In this document: piece after piece, positions 6,460-6,471 of the stretch
Layout: every line of letters starts with the position of its first letter
How positions within the stretch are numbered: position 1 is the first letter of the stretch
Source: Octopus sinensis
Lineage: Eukaryota
Assembly: GCF_006345805.1 (NCBI RefSeq)
Contig: NW_021829343.1
Location: forward strand, 1 to 6,471
Reading direction: 5' to 3'
Length of the DNA: 6,471 nucleotides
Position numbers and translations under genes: made by a program
The notes under the pieces: generated by a model
What the model was told of the DNA's origin: nothing
Databases searched by the model: none
The model's input: only the letters and a program-made list of their open reading frames with translations

Positions 6460-6471
6460 TTTTACGTGTTT
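6460..6471. repeat. right copy of LINE target-site duplication (TTTTACGTGTTT); runs to the window edge
   Basis: Identical to 3967-3978 and directly follows the TTCAA tail. Confidence 0.85.

Overview
An AT-rich eukaryotic window made up almost entirely of four transposable elements from four superfamilies, with no host gene recognised. (1) 1-837, minus strand: a pogo/Tigger (Tc1/mariner) element with a CAGTAGAC-type end and TA target. It keeps the CENP-B-like HTH domains but appears internally deleted. (2) 840-1916, plus: a Ginger/KRBA2-like DD(35)E integrase, interrupted at its zinc finger by the pogo element and split by four very small GT-AG introns (29, 24, 26, 35 nt). (3) 1936-3708, plus: a complete 1773-bp hAT element with 11-bp TIRs (TAGGGCAATTT), a perfect 8-bp TSD (GTTATAAT) and a CGGBP1-like zinc-finger DDE transposase split by three very small introns (27, 24, 25 nt). 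(4) 3979-6459, plus: a 5'-truncated LINE (APE endonuclease + RT) ending in AATAAA and a short TTCAA tail, flanked by a 12-bp direct repeat (TTTTACGTGTTT). The ORF track is fragmented by these introns and by single-base frameshifts that nearly all fall in homopolymer runs. The introns suggest a host with miniature spliceosomal introns and the standard genetic code. Family assignments come from motif recognition and manual translation; no database search was run.
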